Notes under the pieces: generated by a model
Database searches by the model: none
Seen by the model: the letters and a program-made list of their open reading frames with translations, nothing else
What the model was told of the DNA's origin: nothing
Source: Chiloscyllium plagiosum
Lineage: Eukaryota
Direction of reading: 5' to 3'
NCBI RefSeq assembly: GCF_004010195.1
Contig: NC_057720.1
Location: 27,589,899-27,611,138, forward strand
DNA: 21,240 nt
Translations under genes and position numbers: made by a program
Part shown: positions 9,820 through 20,087 of the stretch, one piece after another
Numbering within the stretch: the stretch's first letter is position 1
Layout of the letters: each line of letters opens with the position of its first letter

Positions 9820-12082
9820 GGGCTATCACTTCATATGATGTCAAAAAAACAGCTGAAGACACGATACTGCAAAAGGCTATGGGCCCCTGCTATAATGTGG
9901 CAGTAGGACTGAAGACTTATGTTCTAGACTTAACTGTACCCGTACCTAATCTGTTCTAATGCAGTTACATTGCTAGCTTCTATCCAACAATGTGGACAAT
10001 TGCCCAGCTTTTTCTGCAAACAAAATGAAGGATAAATCAAACCTGGCCAATCACTACACCATAATTACATCTTTGAACATCAGCAATGTGATGGATCATC
10101 ATCATTGTAATGAAGAAGCATTGCTCATCAAACCCTGCAAATTTGGAGAAGAAAGCTGGACTCCAGAAGTGAAAATGACTGCACTAGACATGAAAGCAGC
10201 AATTAACTGAGTCTGACTTCAGAGAACCCTAGAAAAACTGAGTCAGTGGGATTGCAGTTGTTGCAGGTCAATCACCTTAAACCCAAGACATCACTGCAGG
10301 AGTTCCACAGCGTAGTTTCCTGAACCCAACCACCTTCAGCTTTTTCATCAATGGCCTTCCTTCCATCATCAGGACAGAAGTGGAATTTGTATAAATCTCT
10401 GCACAAATCATGATTACTCAGATACTGAAGCAGTTTGTGCCTGTTTGCAACAAGACCTAGACAGCATTCCAGGCTTGACAAGAAAAGGGGCAAGCAACAT
10501 TAGTGCCACATAATGCCAGGCAATGTCCATCTCCAGTAAGACAGAATCTAACAATTACCCCTTGATATTCAATGTCATTACCATTGCTGAATACCAACTA
10601 TCACATCCTCGAGGTTACCATTGATGAAAAGTTGAACTGAACCAGCCATACACATGCTGTGGCTGTAAAATCAGGTTAGAGACAAATGCCTCATTTCCAG
10701 CCTTTGTAAAGCCTGTCCACCATGTGTAAGATGCAAGTCAGGAATATGATAGAATACTATGGAATATATCTTCACTACTCTTGGATAAATATAGCTCCAG
10801 CAACACCATCCAGGACAAAACAACCCTTTCATTGATATCCTAACCATAAACTTAAACATTCATTCTCTTCACCAACAATATAAAGTGAGAACAATGTGAT
10901 TCATCTTTAAGATCGCAACACAGGGCTCCTTCAATAGCACCTTCCAAACCTGCAACCTCTCCCACAGTGAAGGACAGATGTATGGGATCACCACCATCTA
11001 TTGGTTCCTCCGCAAGCCAAATATCACCTTGACTTGAGATTAATCCTGGAAATGCCTTCCTAAACAGTACTGTTGGTGTACCTACTCCTCACCCCTATTG
11101 TAACTTAATTTTTTTGGATTGTGACTAAAAATTGGGTCAAACTACTGTTTTAAACTTAACAAACTGTGGAAGAATACGTTATTGTTTCAAAATAAACATT
11201 TTACTGGATGTCATTGTAAGTTGCCTTATTCAAGCAGTGGGAGAGAGTGCAAACATGTCTCTTCCAAGAGTATATGCTCAGGGCAGTTTTGCCCAGAGAC
11301 CGACGTTTGTGTGGTTTTTCAATCAGGAGTATCTGTGTGTTCAGGAGTAGACAGCATAGTAACAATTTATTGAATGGCTCTTGGGCAAGTGGCTCTGGGT
11401 TTGTGTTTGGACATTACAGCAGAAACACCCAGCCTGTGAAGGAGAAAGCACCTAAATCTCTCTTTCCATCCTGTGTGGCGAAGTAACAGAGAATCTTCTG
11501 ATGGTCATTCCCGTGCACCACCTTACTATAAATGGCTCTCTCAGCAACCACCTTTGCTGGAAATAAAAGGCGGAAAACCACCATCAGAGACGCTGAAAGG
11601 GCAACTCTTCAATCAGTAAGTGTAAGATTGAGAACTGAGGTATCCAAAATCTTATATCCTCATCACAAAAGGTCAAACAGAATCAAAAAGATCCAAAAGA
11701 AAACAACTCATCACCTATAATCTGGAACTGGTGCCAGAACTGTATTTCACATAATTTCTTGTTCCTTCCTCATCTCTAATATTTTCATCTTGTCTCTTCA
11801 CCTGTCTGTTTGTGTCATAATTTTAAAATGGGTGGAGTTTAAGTTGTAGAGGTGTACGTTAGCAATTCATAATTCCTTCTTGCCATTGATTAAAAACTGT
11901 TTGAATTCAACAAATTTGTCATTAATGATAAAAAGCATGTTTGTGTATTCTGAGTTGTGACACCATGGAATGCAGTACTTCACGAAAACAGTTCTCAGCT
12001 ACCCCATCTGAGGAATTTAGTGATGAGGGCAATAAATGTTGGCCTATCCAATAATGCCGATCACATGAATGTATTTTAAAAA
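9820..12082 (+). mobile_element. Decayed CR1 family B element (pre-RT to 3' tail), split by an insertion at 11099-11962
   Basis: KAMGP-like start (gcaaaaggctatgggccc), TALDMKAA, gcaggagttccacag (AGVPQ) and tail gatgagggcaataaatgttggcc...catgaatgtattttaaaaaa, which matches the tail at 19420-19482. Confidence 0.85.
11099..11962. mobile_element. Probable solo LTR (864 bp)
   Basis: Termini TGTAAC...GTGACA; flanks ctat (11095-11098) and ccat (11963-11966). The host CR1-B sequence resumes in register when compared with the uninterrupted copy at 19340-19440. Confidence 0.7.
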
Positions 12083-13287
12083 ATATCCATATTGCTGCTT
12101 ATGCCAGGTGCAATTCACATTGAAATTCAGCAGTGGCACGACTTGGTTTGTATCTTTTACAGAATGTTAAGTAGCTGTTACAAACGTATGGATTGTCATT
12201 ACTAACATTTGCTTATGAATTTACATATTAATGTATCTGATGGGTATTTCATGGTTTTTGACATAGTTTAATCAAGTAGCTGTTTTACTCCCTTCAAATT
12301 GACAAACATAAAGACGTATGATGTATAAAATAAGCTGGAATACAACATTGAGAGTTTTCTATTCACCCTCAAGCATGCTCCTTATTACAGGGATATTGTT
12401 CGAATTTGGATAGCTAGGCAGTAAAGTGTAGAAAACTGGCATCCACACTTTATGCACTGGACAACTTTTTCCAACAAAGATATTGATTGCATATCATGTA
12501 TGTCCAAGCAACAAACCTTCTTTAAGCCTGCTGCTGAATATCTGACCAGAAGCTAGTCCCTGGTTTATAATCTCCATCTGGATACAATAAATACATAATA
12601 CCTGAACACATTGTTTGGAAAATATCAATAAAATTAATAGTGGGGTGAGTATGTTAGATTATAGTTTGTAGTGAGTAATGGTCTATTTACAGGACATTAT
12701 CTAGTCAAAAATCTCTAAAGAATTATAGGCTGAGACTCGTTTTGTCAAAATGTGAAGAATTATCCTGGAAGATTAATGAGTGGCTAATCAAGGTGGTGCT
12801 GTGTGAGATTTGGCTCTTGAAGGAATAAACAATTTGCTTTGTTGCATTTGTACAATATGACATGCTTTTTCAATTTTTGGTTGTGGTTGGATGAAAGAAA
12901 GATGTTTTATCTATATAAAGCTGTGTTTGACTTGACCATTTACCTGATCAAAAAGTGAAAATGCTCCATTCATCAAGGCCATCGCTCAATTTTAAATGTG
13001 CCAGTCAATATTTTAATTCATGTTTAAGTTAATTAAGTATATTACACAGTTGATGTGATTTGAACTTTATCATCGTTATGATAGATGCTATTGGCTTGTT
13101 TGTACGAAAGCTGTTATGGCTAGTGAGGGACTGTAATTTAATTTTATTCATTTTGGTAAGATGGGGTTGAGTTCCATTTGTGACAGTGAAATAACAAAGG
13201 AAAGAGCCCATGACATTCATGCAATATTAATCAAATAAAAAGGGAACTATACAAATTATTGTTGGAAATAAAATCAGAAAAGACAGC

Positions 13288-13478
13288 AACAAAATGACGT
13301 AGCTGCTGAAAATCTGAAATGAAAACTGAAAATGCTGCCAGCCGGAGAGCTGTTTACATTTCAGGTTAACAGTCTGTAATCAGAGATGTTCAGATTGACT
13401 GAAAATATTAAAACTGTTTTATTTTCTCCACGGATACTGCATAGTGAGTGTAGTATTTTCAACATTTTTGGATTTTAT
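13288..13478. mobile_element. Very old palindromic Penelope-terminus remnant
   Basis: gctgctgaaaatctgaaatgaaaactgaaaatgctg ... ttctccacggatactgc...gtattttcaacatttttg has the same architecture as 347-556. Confidence 0.55.
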
Positions 13479-13624
13479 AAACTGTGAAGAGTCCATTTTT
13501 ACTTTGACTGTGCCTTCATTGAAGGAATAGATGGTGGATCTCAGCATAAAACTCTATTGCAATTCTTGTTGGCAGTTGCTTGCACCTGAATCCTTTTGAA
13601 TTCTAGCTTTTTTCCTGTTATCCT

Positions 13625-13672
13625 CTGTGTCACCTTTTATTTAATTTTCTTCTTTCTTTTATTCACATTTAG
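13625..13672 (+). promoter_or_regulatory. Polypyrimidine tract and 3' splice acceptor
   Basis: ttttatttaattttcttctttcttttattcacatttAG directly precedes the exon. Confidence 0.9.
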
Positions 13673-13796
13673 TCAATTGATCCTGGTCAACAGTTCACAT
13701 GGGAGAATTCCAACATGGAAGTGAACAAACCGAAAAACCGCTATGCCAATGTTATTGCATATGACCATTCAAGGGTTATCCTCACCTCTGTCGATG
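13673..13796 (+). CDS. PTPRF: Internal exon of LAR-family receptor protein tyrosine phosphatase (start of PTP domain D1)
   Basis: Translates [41 protein letters not shown]+G (124 bp, phase 0 to phase 1) with the KNRY and YDHSRV PTP motifs. WENSN and RVILTS(I/V)DG match PTPRF as I recall it; PTPRD/PTPRS have WEHSN. Not in the supplied ORF track. Confidence 0.95.
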
Positions 13797-13802
13797 GCAA
13801 GT
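13797..13802 (+). promoter_or_regulatory. Non-canonical GC 5' splice donor (G|GCAAGT)
   Basis: Protein similarity ends at ...GTCGATG. The next bases GCAAGT match the GTAAGT consensus at all positions but +2. Confidence 0.8.
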
Positions 13803-13969
13803 ATAGCTGCAAATCTCTGACTTATTATGACGATATCTAATTTAAAATTGATTGCTATAAAGTATTTGAATAAATTATGAGGCTGAAATTGATTCTGTAG
13901 ACACTAGAATTGCTTGATGTCCAGGTATATAGAACAGTAAAATGTCATAAGCAGAAACAGAAATTCATA

Positions 13970-14142
13970 GAAGGGCTGGTGGAATGCTGACCATTATATC
14001 TAAAAGGCTAGAATATAAGAATGCAAAAAGAATGCTTCATCTGTATAAAAACTATGATTAAACCATATTTGGTGTTATGGACACAATGTCACAGTTGGAC
14101 ATGTTGCCTTGAAGGGTGTGCAATATAGATTTCCTAAATAGT
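13970..14142 (+). mobile_element. Decayed CR1 ORF2 C-terminal fragment
   Basis: GMLTIISKRLEYKNAKRMLHLYK... followed by gccttgaagggtgtgcaatatagattt (ALKGVQYRF). Confidence 0.7.
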
Positions 14143-14149
14143 TGTGGAT

Positions 14150-14778
14150 TTAGAAAGCTCTTTCAAAGGAGCCTTGGTGAATTTATGCAATGTATTTTGT
14201 AGATAGGACATACCTGCCACTGTGCATCAATGCTGGAGGGAGTGAATGTTTGTGATTGTGATCACAATCTAGCAGGCTGCTTTGTGGTGGATGGTATAAA
14301 GCTTCATGAGTGTTGTTGGAGGTACACTCATCCAGAAAAGTGGGAAGGATTCCATTACACTCCTAATTTGTGCCTTGTAGATAGTTGACAGGCTTCCGGG
14401 AGTCCAGAGTTAAGTTGCTGGATTCCGAACTCCTGATCTGCGAGAGTACACACAATATTTATATAGGTAGTCCAGTTCCGTTTTTGGTCAGTGGTAACCC
14501 CAAGGTGTTGATATGGGGATTTAGTGATAGTAATGCCATTGAATGTTAAAGGATGATAGTTAGATGCTCTCTCATCGGGCATGTCCATTGCCTCTAACTT
14601 GAGCGGCATGAATATTTCTTGTCACTTGTTGTCCCAAGCCTAGGTTTTGTCCAAATTTTGCTGCATTTGAACATGACTTCTTCATTATCTGAGGAGCCTC
14701 TAAAAATGGTGAACATTGTATACAATCATCAGCGAACATCAATACTTATGAACTTATGATGGAGGGAAGATCATTTAG
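14150..14778 (-). mobile_element. CR1 family B fragment (RT to C-terminus)
   Basis: tacaatcatcagcgaacat is MFADDC on the minus strand. ORF 14355-14609 has HPLTFNGITITKS..LGVTTDQKRNWTTYIN. Confidence 0.85.
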
Positions 14779-14789
14779 GAAGAAGAAAG

Positions 14790-15220
14790 GTGCAGTCACT
14801 ATGATGGGGTAATACTATTGGCATCTCAATAGCCAGAGGGAGCTAAAGGAACACATATGTAGGTAGATCTTGGAAGATCATGGAAAGAGGTCAAAACACT
14901 AAGGATGTTGTCATGGATGATTTTACCTTCCCTAATATTGACTGGGACTTCCTTAGTACCAGGAACTTATGTGGGACAGAATTTGTTAGGAGGGCTTCTT
15001 GAAACTCGCAGTCCAATGAGGGAAGGGGCGATACTATAACTTGTATTGGGAAATGAGTCTGTCCAAGTCATCAAAGATTCACTGGGGAAGCATTTTTAGA
15101 ACAATGAAACATATGGAATTATGTTTTAAGATGTTTATAGAAAAGGATAAAATTAGTCCTCGGATAAAAGTGCTAAATTAGTGGAAGGATAATTACAACA
15201 GTATGAGGCAGAAACTGAAG
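14790..15220 (+). mobile_element. Older CR1 LINE, APE endonuclease C-terminal part (host of the 15221-17185 insertion)
   Basis: gtcatggatgattttaccttccctaatattgactgg (VMDDFTFPNIDW, decayed GDFN..IDW), AIL*LVLGNE and GKHF. Confidence 0.85.
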
Positions 15221-17185
15221 AAAACTGAAAAAAGGGGACATGAGATAGCTTTGGCAAGTAAGGTTAAGGAGAATCCAAAGGATTTTTACAAATATATTAA
15301 GGATAAAAGAGTAACTAGGGAGAGAATTGGGGTCTCTCAACGCGGCCTTTGTGTGGAGCTGCAGGAGACAGGGGAGATACTAAATGAGTATTTTGCATCA
15401 GTGTTTACTGTGGAAGAGGACATGGAAGATATAGGATGTAGAGAAATAGATGGTGACATCTTGAAAAATGTCCATATTACAGAGGAGCAAGTGCTGGATG
15501 TCTTGAAATGCATAGAGGTGGATAAATCCCCAGGACCTGATCAAGTATACCCTAGAACTCTGTCAGAAGCTAGGGAAATGAATGCTAGACCCCTTGCTGA
15601 GATATTTGTATCATGGAGTGAGGTGCCAGAAGACTGGATGTTGGCTAACTTGGCACCACTGTTTAAGAAAGGCGATAAGGACAAGCCAGGGAATTACAGA
15701 CCAATGAGCCTGACATCGGTGGTGGGCAAGTTGTTAGAGGGAACCCTGCGGGACAGGAAATACATGTATTTGGAAAGGCAGGGACTGATTACGGATAGGT
15801 AAAAACAATGACTGCAGATGCTGGAAACCAGATTCTGGATCAATGGTGCTGGAAGAGCACAGCAGCTCCTCAGATGCTGCCTGAACTGCTGATTACGGAT
15901 AGTCAACATGGCTTTGTGCATGGGAAATCATGTCTCACAAACTTGATTGAGTGTTTTGAAGATATAACAAAGACGACTGATGAGGGCAGAGCAGTGGACG
16001 TGGTCTATATGGACTTCAGTAAGGCGTTCAGTAAGGTTCCCCATGAAAGACTGGTTGGCAAGGTTAGATCTCATGGAATACAAGGAGAACTAGCCATTTG
16101 AATACAGAACTGGATCAAAGGTAGAAGACAGAGAGTGGTAGTGGAGCGTTGTTTTTCAGACTGGATGCCTGTGACCGGTGGAGTGCCACAAGGATCGGTG
16201 CTGGGTCCACTACTTTTCGACATTTATATAAATGATTTGGATGTGAACATGGGAGGTATAGTTAGTAAGTTTGCAGATGACACCAAAATTGGAGGTGTAG
16301 TGGACAGCGAAAAAGGTTACCTGAGATTACAACACAATCTTGATCAGATGAGCCAATGGGCTGAGGAGTGCAGATGGAGTTTAATTTAGCTAAATGTGAG
16401 GTGCTGCATTTTGGGAAAGCAAATATTAGCAGGACATACACTTAATGGTAAGGTCCAAGGGATTGTTGCTGAACAAAGAGAACTTGGAGTGCAGGTTCAT
16501 AACTCCTTGAAAGTGGAGTCACAGGTAGATAGGATAGTGAAGAAGGCGTTTGGTATGTTTTCCTTTATTGGTCAGCGAATTGAGTATAGGAGTTGGGAGG
16601 TCATGTTGCGGCTATACAGGACATTGATTAGGCCACTTCTGGAATATTGCATGCAATTCTGGTCTCCTTCCTATTGGAAGAATGTTGTGAAACTTGAAAG
16701 GGTTCAGAAAAGATTTACAAGGATATTACCAGAGTTGGAGGATTTGAGCTATAGGGCGAGGTTGAATAGGCTGGGGCTGTTTTCCTTGGAGCGTTGGAGG
16801 CTGAGGGGTGATCTTATAGAGGTTTACAAAATCATGAAGGGCATGGATAGGATAAATAGCAAAGTCTTTTCCCTGGGGTGAGGGAGTCCAGAACTAGAGG
16901 GCATAAGTTTAGGGTGAGAGGGCAAAGATATAAAAGAAACCTAAGGGGCAATTTTTTTCCTGCAGAGCGTGTTGTGTGTATGGTATGAGCTGCCAGAGGA
17001 AGTGGTGAAGACTGGTACCATTGCAACATTTAAAAGGCATTTGGATGGGTATATGTCTAGGAAGGGTTTGGGGGAATATGGGTTGGGTGCTGGCAAATGG
17101 GACTAGATTAGGTTGGGATATCTGTTTGCCATAGACATGTTGGACTGAAGGATCTGTTTCCATGCTGTACATCTCTGTGACTCTA
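15221..17185 (+). mobile_element. HER1-like CR1 LINE (family A), 5' truncated, non-functional ORF2 (RT)
   Basis: ORFs contain KSPGPD, NYRPMSLTSVVGKLLE, QHGFVHGKSCLTNL, YMDFSKAF, GVPQGSVLGPLLF, KFADDTK and RLRGDLIEVYK. It carries stops/frameshifts and a 90-bp insertion, and ends in tail catgctgtacatctctgtgactcta. Confidence 0.97.
15799..15888 (-). mobile_element. 90-bp Penelope-terminus insertion with 14-bp TSD inside the LINE RT
   Basis: Direct repeat ctgattacggatag at 15785-15798 and 15889-15902. Shares gactgcagatgctgga...gtgctggaa..gcacagcag with the other copies and has a short inverted piece (gatgctgcctgaactg). Confidence 0.93.
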
Positions 17186-17809
17186 AATTGGATTGGGGAC
17201 GTCTGTTGAAGGTAAATCTAGACTTGACTTGTGGGTGTCTTTTAAAGATTTGTTCAGATTTCTGGACCAGCATGTTCCTGTGAGGATGAAAATGAAGAAT
17301 AACAAGATTCAGGAACTCTGGATGACAAGAGATATTGAATGTTTAGTCAAAGAGAAAAAGGACACATTTGTAAAGTTTACAAAGCTGAAATGAGAAAAGG
17401 CCCTGAGCAATATAAAGGAAGCAGAAAAAACTTAAATCAAGAATTAGGAAGGCTAAAAGCAGCCATTAAATGTCCTTGCCAAACTGGATTAAGGAGAATC
17501 CCAAGGCATTTTATACATGTATTCAAAACAACAGGGTAATGAGGGAAAGGCTTAGTCCACTCAAGGGAATTAATCCATAGAAGCAGAGGAAATGGATGAC
17601 AACTTCACATTGCTACTCACCAAGGACAAAGTCATTGATGATGGTAAGATTAGGGAAGGGAATGTTGATATTTTAGGGCATGTCAGTTTTAAGAGGGAGG
17701 TGATGTGGAATGTCTTGAAAAATATTAACGTAGTTAGGTCCCCAAGGCCTGATTGGATCTATTCCCAGGATACTGAGGAGGCAAAGGAGGACTTTGCTGG
17801 GCATTGACA
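17186..17809 (+). mobile_element. Older CR1 LINE continuation (EN-RT linker)
   Basis: WMTRDIECLVKEKK, aaggagaatcccaaggcattttat (KENPKAFY) and RSPRPDWIY; continues the 14790-15220 element. Confidence 0.85.
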
Positions 17810-18134
17810 TCGAGACTGGTGTCCTTCCGTCAAGTCACGTTTTAATTACACATGAAGTGTTCTTGACTTTAGAACTGTCTCATTCAGAGTCAGGTACCAG
17901 AGTGTCAGTATCTCTGACACTCACCTTTTTTATATTTAGTAGACAAGCAGGAGACTGGAAGAACACAGCAAGCCAGGCAGCATCAAGAGGTGAAGAAGTC
18001 AGTATTTTGGATATAACCCTTTTTCACTGCCACACCCTTTTTGCTTGTCAGCCTGGGCTCCCTGATTGTTCCAAATTAGCAGCCACAATTAGGGACCTCA
18101 TATTCTATGAGGTCCAGCTGCTGACCTCGTTACA
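17810..18134 (-). mobile_element. Possible short LTR-like element containing a Penelope-terminus fragment (~17935-18026)
   Basis: The minus strand starts TGTAACG, includes a perfect 10-bp hairpin (18093-18115) and has ATTAAA near its far end. The internal ctggaagaacacagcaagccaggcagcatc resembles the PLE terminus. Left boundary unclear. Confidence 0.45.
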
Positions 18135-18224
18135 ATCACTACACAAGTGCATAGCTGCCTGAAAATGGCAAGACAGTTGATAAGATGGTAAAGAAGGCAT
18201 GCAGCGTGCTTCCCTTCTGTCAGG

Positions 18225-19050
18225 GTACTCTTCACAATGTGGTATCTTACATTGGTGAGACCAAACACAGACTGAGGTACTACCTTGTAGAACGCCTCTC
18301 TTCTGTCGGTAGGAATTATCCTGACCTTGCAGTTGCTTTCTATTTCAATAAACCACCTTTCTCATAGGCTAACATTTCTGTCCTGGGCCTTCTGCAGTGT
18401 TCCAATGAAGCACAACACATGCTCAAGAAAGAACATCTCATTGTCCACTTATGCACTTTATGCTGTGTCCTGATACCTCACACTTAGTCAGATTAAACTG
18501 TAACTGCCATTCTCTGCCCAATTTTCTAACTCATCTGTATCTCCCCTCACAATTACAGTCTCGAGGTTTTAATATTAAATATTCCATTTCAGTCTTGAGG
18601 TTTTAATATTGAATTCCAAAAGGTTGCAAACTGACCATATGGCATCAGTTCTCCATTTTTTAAAATTCTTTCTCTCCCCCCACAGTCTTATCTTGTTTGC
18701 TTGATAACTTTGCTCTCAGTAGAGAGGATTCATTTTCTCCATTTCACAGCTCAAATTACACCCATTTTACATTTCTTTTTCCCTTTCGCCACCATTATCA
18801 GTCCTTTGTCTTTTGCACTGTGCCTCTACACCGTGTGTCCTTCACCCCATTTCTACCACTGTCAGAAATTTAAAGAAACGTTTTCCAACATTCTTCAATT
18901 CTGAAGTAGAGTCATATTGTACTCAAAACATTTCGACTCTCCACAGATACAGTCAGACTTTGCACAAATGCTGCCAGACTTGCTAAGTTTCTCCAGCATT
19001 CTCTCTGTTTGTTTTAAACTTGCAGCATCCACAGTATTTTGCTTTTATTT
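18225..19050 (+). mobile_element. Decayed Penelope-like element 3' part: GIY-YIG endonuclease remnant, 3' UTR and terminus
   Basis: YIGETKHRLRYYLVERLSSV..YPDLAVAFYFN...ISVLGLLQCSNEAQHMLKKEHLIVHLCTL, later ggttttaatattgaattc (GFNIEF). Hammerhead remnant CTGAAGTA-GAGT-catattgt-ACTC-AAAAC at 18901-18929, then terminus ctctccacagat...tgctgccagacttgct...cagcatccacagta. Confidence 0.88.
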
Positions 19051-19059
19051 GTTACCATT

Positions 19060-19482
19060 TAGGACGAAGCAGCTCACTTGACTTGCACCCTTTCTACCTT
19101 CAACCCAACTCCTTTTACCATGAATGCACAGTGGCAGCAATGTGCATCATCTGCAAGATGCACAGCAGTAACTCACAGAGGCTTCTCTGAAAGGATCTTC
19201 TAAACAAAGAAAAACTACTACCTAGAGCTACAAGGGCAGCAAATACATGGGAAGCCAAAAGCTGCAAGTGTTCTTCCAAGTCACCTTCCTGTCTTAAAAC
19301 TATATCATCATTCCACCATTGTCACTGGGTCGAACTCCTGGAACTCCCTTTGTAACAGTGCTGTGGGCATCCACACCTCAAGGGCTGGAGCAGTTCAAGA
19401 CAATATCTCACTACCTTCTCCAGGCCAATTAGGGATGTTGGCCAAGCCAGTGATGCCCAAATCTATGAATGTATTAAAAAGA
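19060..19482 (+). mobile_element. CR1 family B 3' end
   Basis: Homologous to 10810-11090 plus 11963-12082; ends ccaattagggatg...gccagtgatgcccaaatctatgaatgtattaaaaa. Confidence 0.8.
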
Positions 19483-20087
19483 AAGTGAAGCTAAGTAGCT
19501 TAGTATTTTGGACCTGTGCAGTTGGAAAGATAATGTGCAAACTTTTTCCTGAAACAGTTGTAGCAGGTCACAGAATTGAAGGTTAATTTCCAGGACACTG
19601 CCGCAAACAACCCAGCAAAATATGTCACAGGATATGAGCAATATTATATATTTGAATCTTTGAATATCTTAATTTATTGGTCTTAAAAAATGCTGGAATG
19701 AAAAGGGTTCATTGAACTGTCCATTTATATACGCAGCAAGACCTGTGCAAAATTTGAACTTGGATTGATAATGCAAATGACATTCGTAGGACAGTGATAA
19801 TTACAATTTGTTCCCATTCCAATGTGCGTGTATAAACAGTGTAACTAGGAAATTACCTAGTGGCAGAATGTAGGTGTGGAGTGGTTCTTTGTAGCTTGTA
19901 ATGTGTTAAAAATCCCAGAAATAGATCTGACCAGTGGTGATAACTCTTAATCATGTCTGTAGTTATCTCATGCCTTAATTTATGAACACAGCAATTATAA
20001 CATTAATGAAATGCCATGCTACATTTTAACAATAGTGTAATCGATTGTGTATTATAGTTTGATGTTCCTGTCCCTTTTATTGACTCT

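Noticed and set aside
15808..16101. ORF with a novel N-terminus (MTADAGNQ...) fused to RT
   Set aside because: The N-terminus comes from the 90-bp insertion and the ORF stops before the RT catalytic motif.
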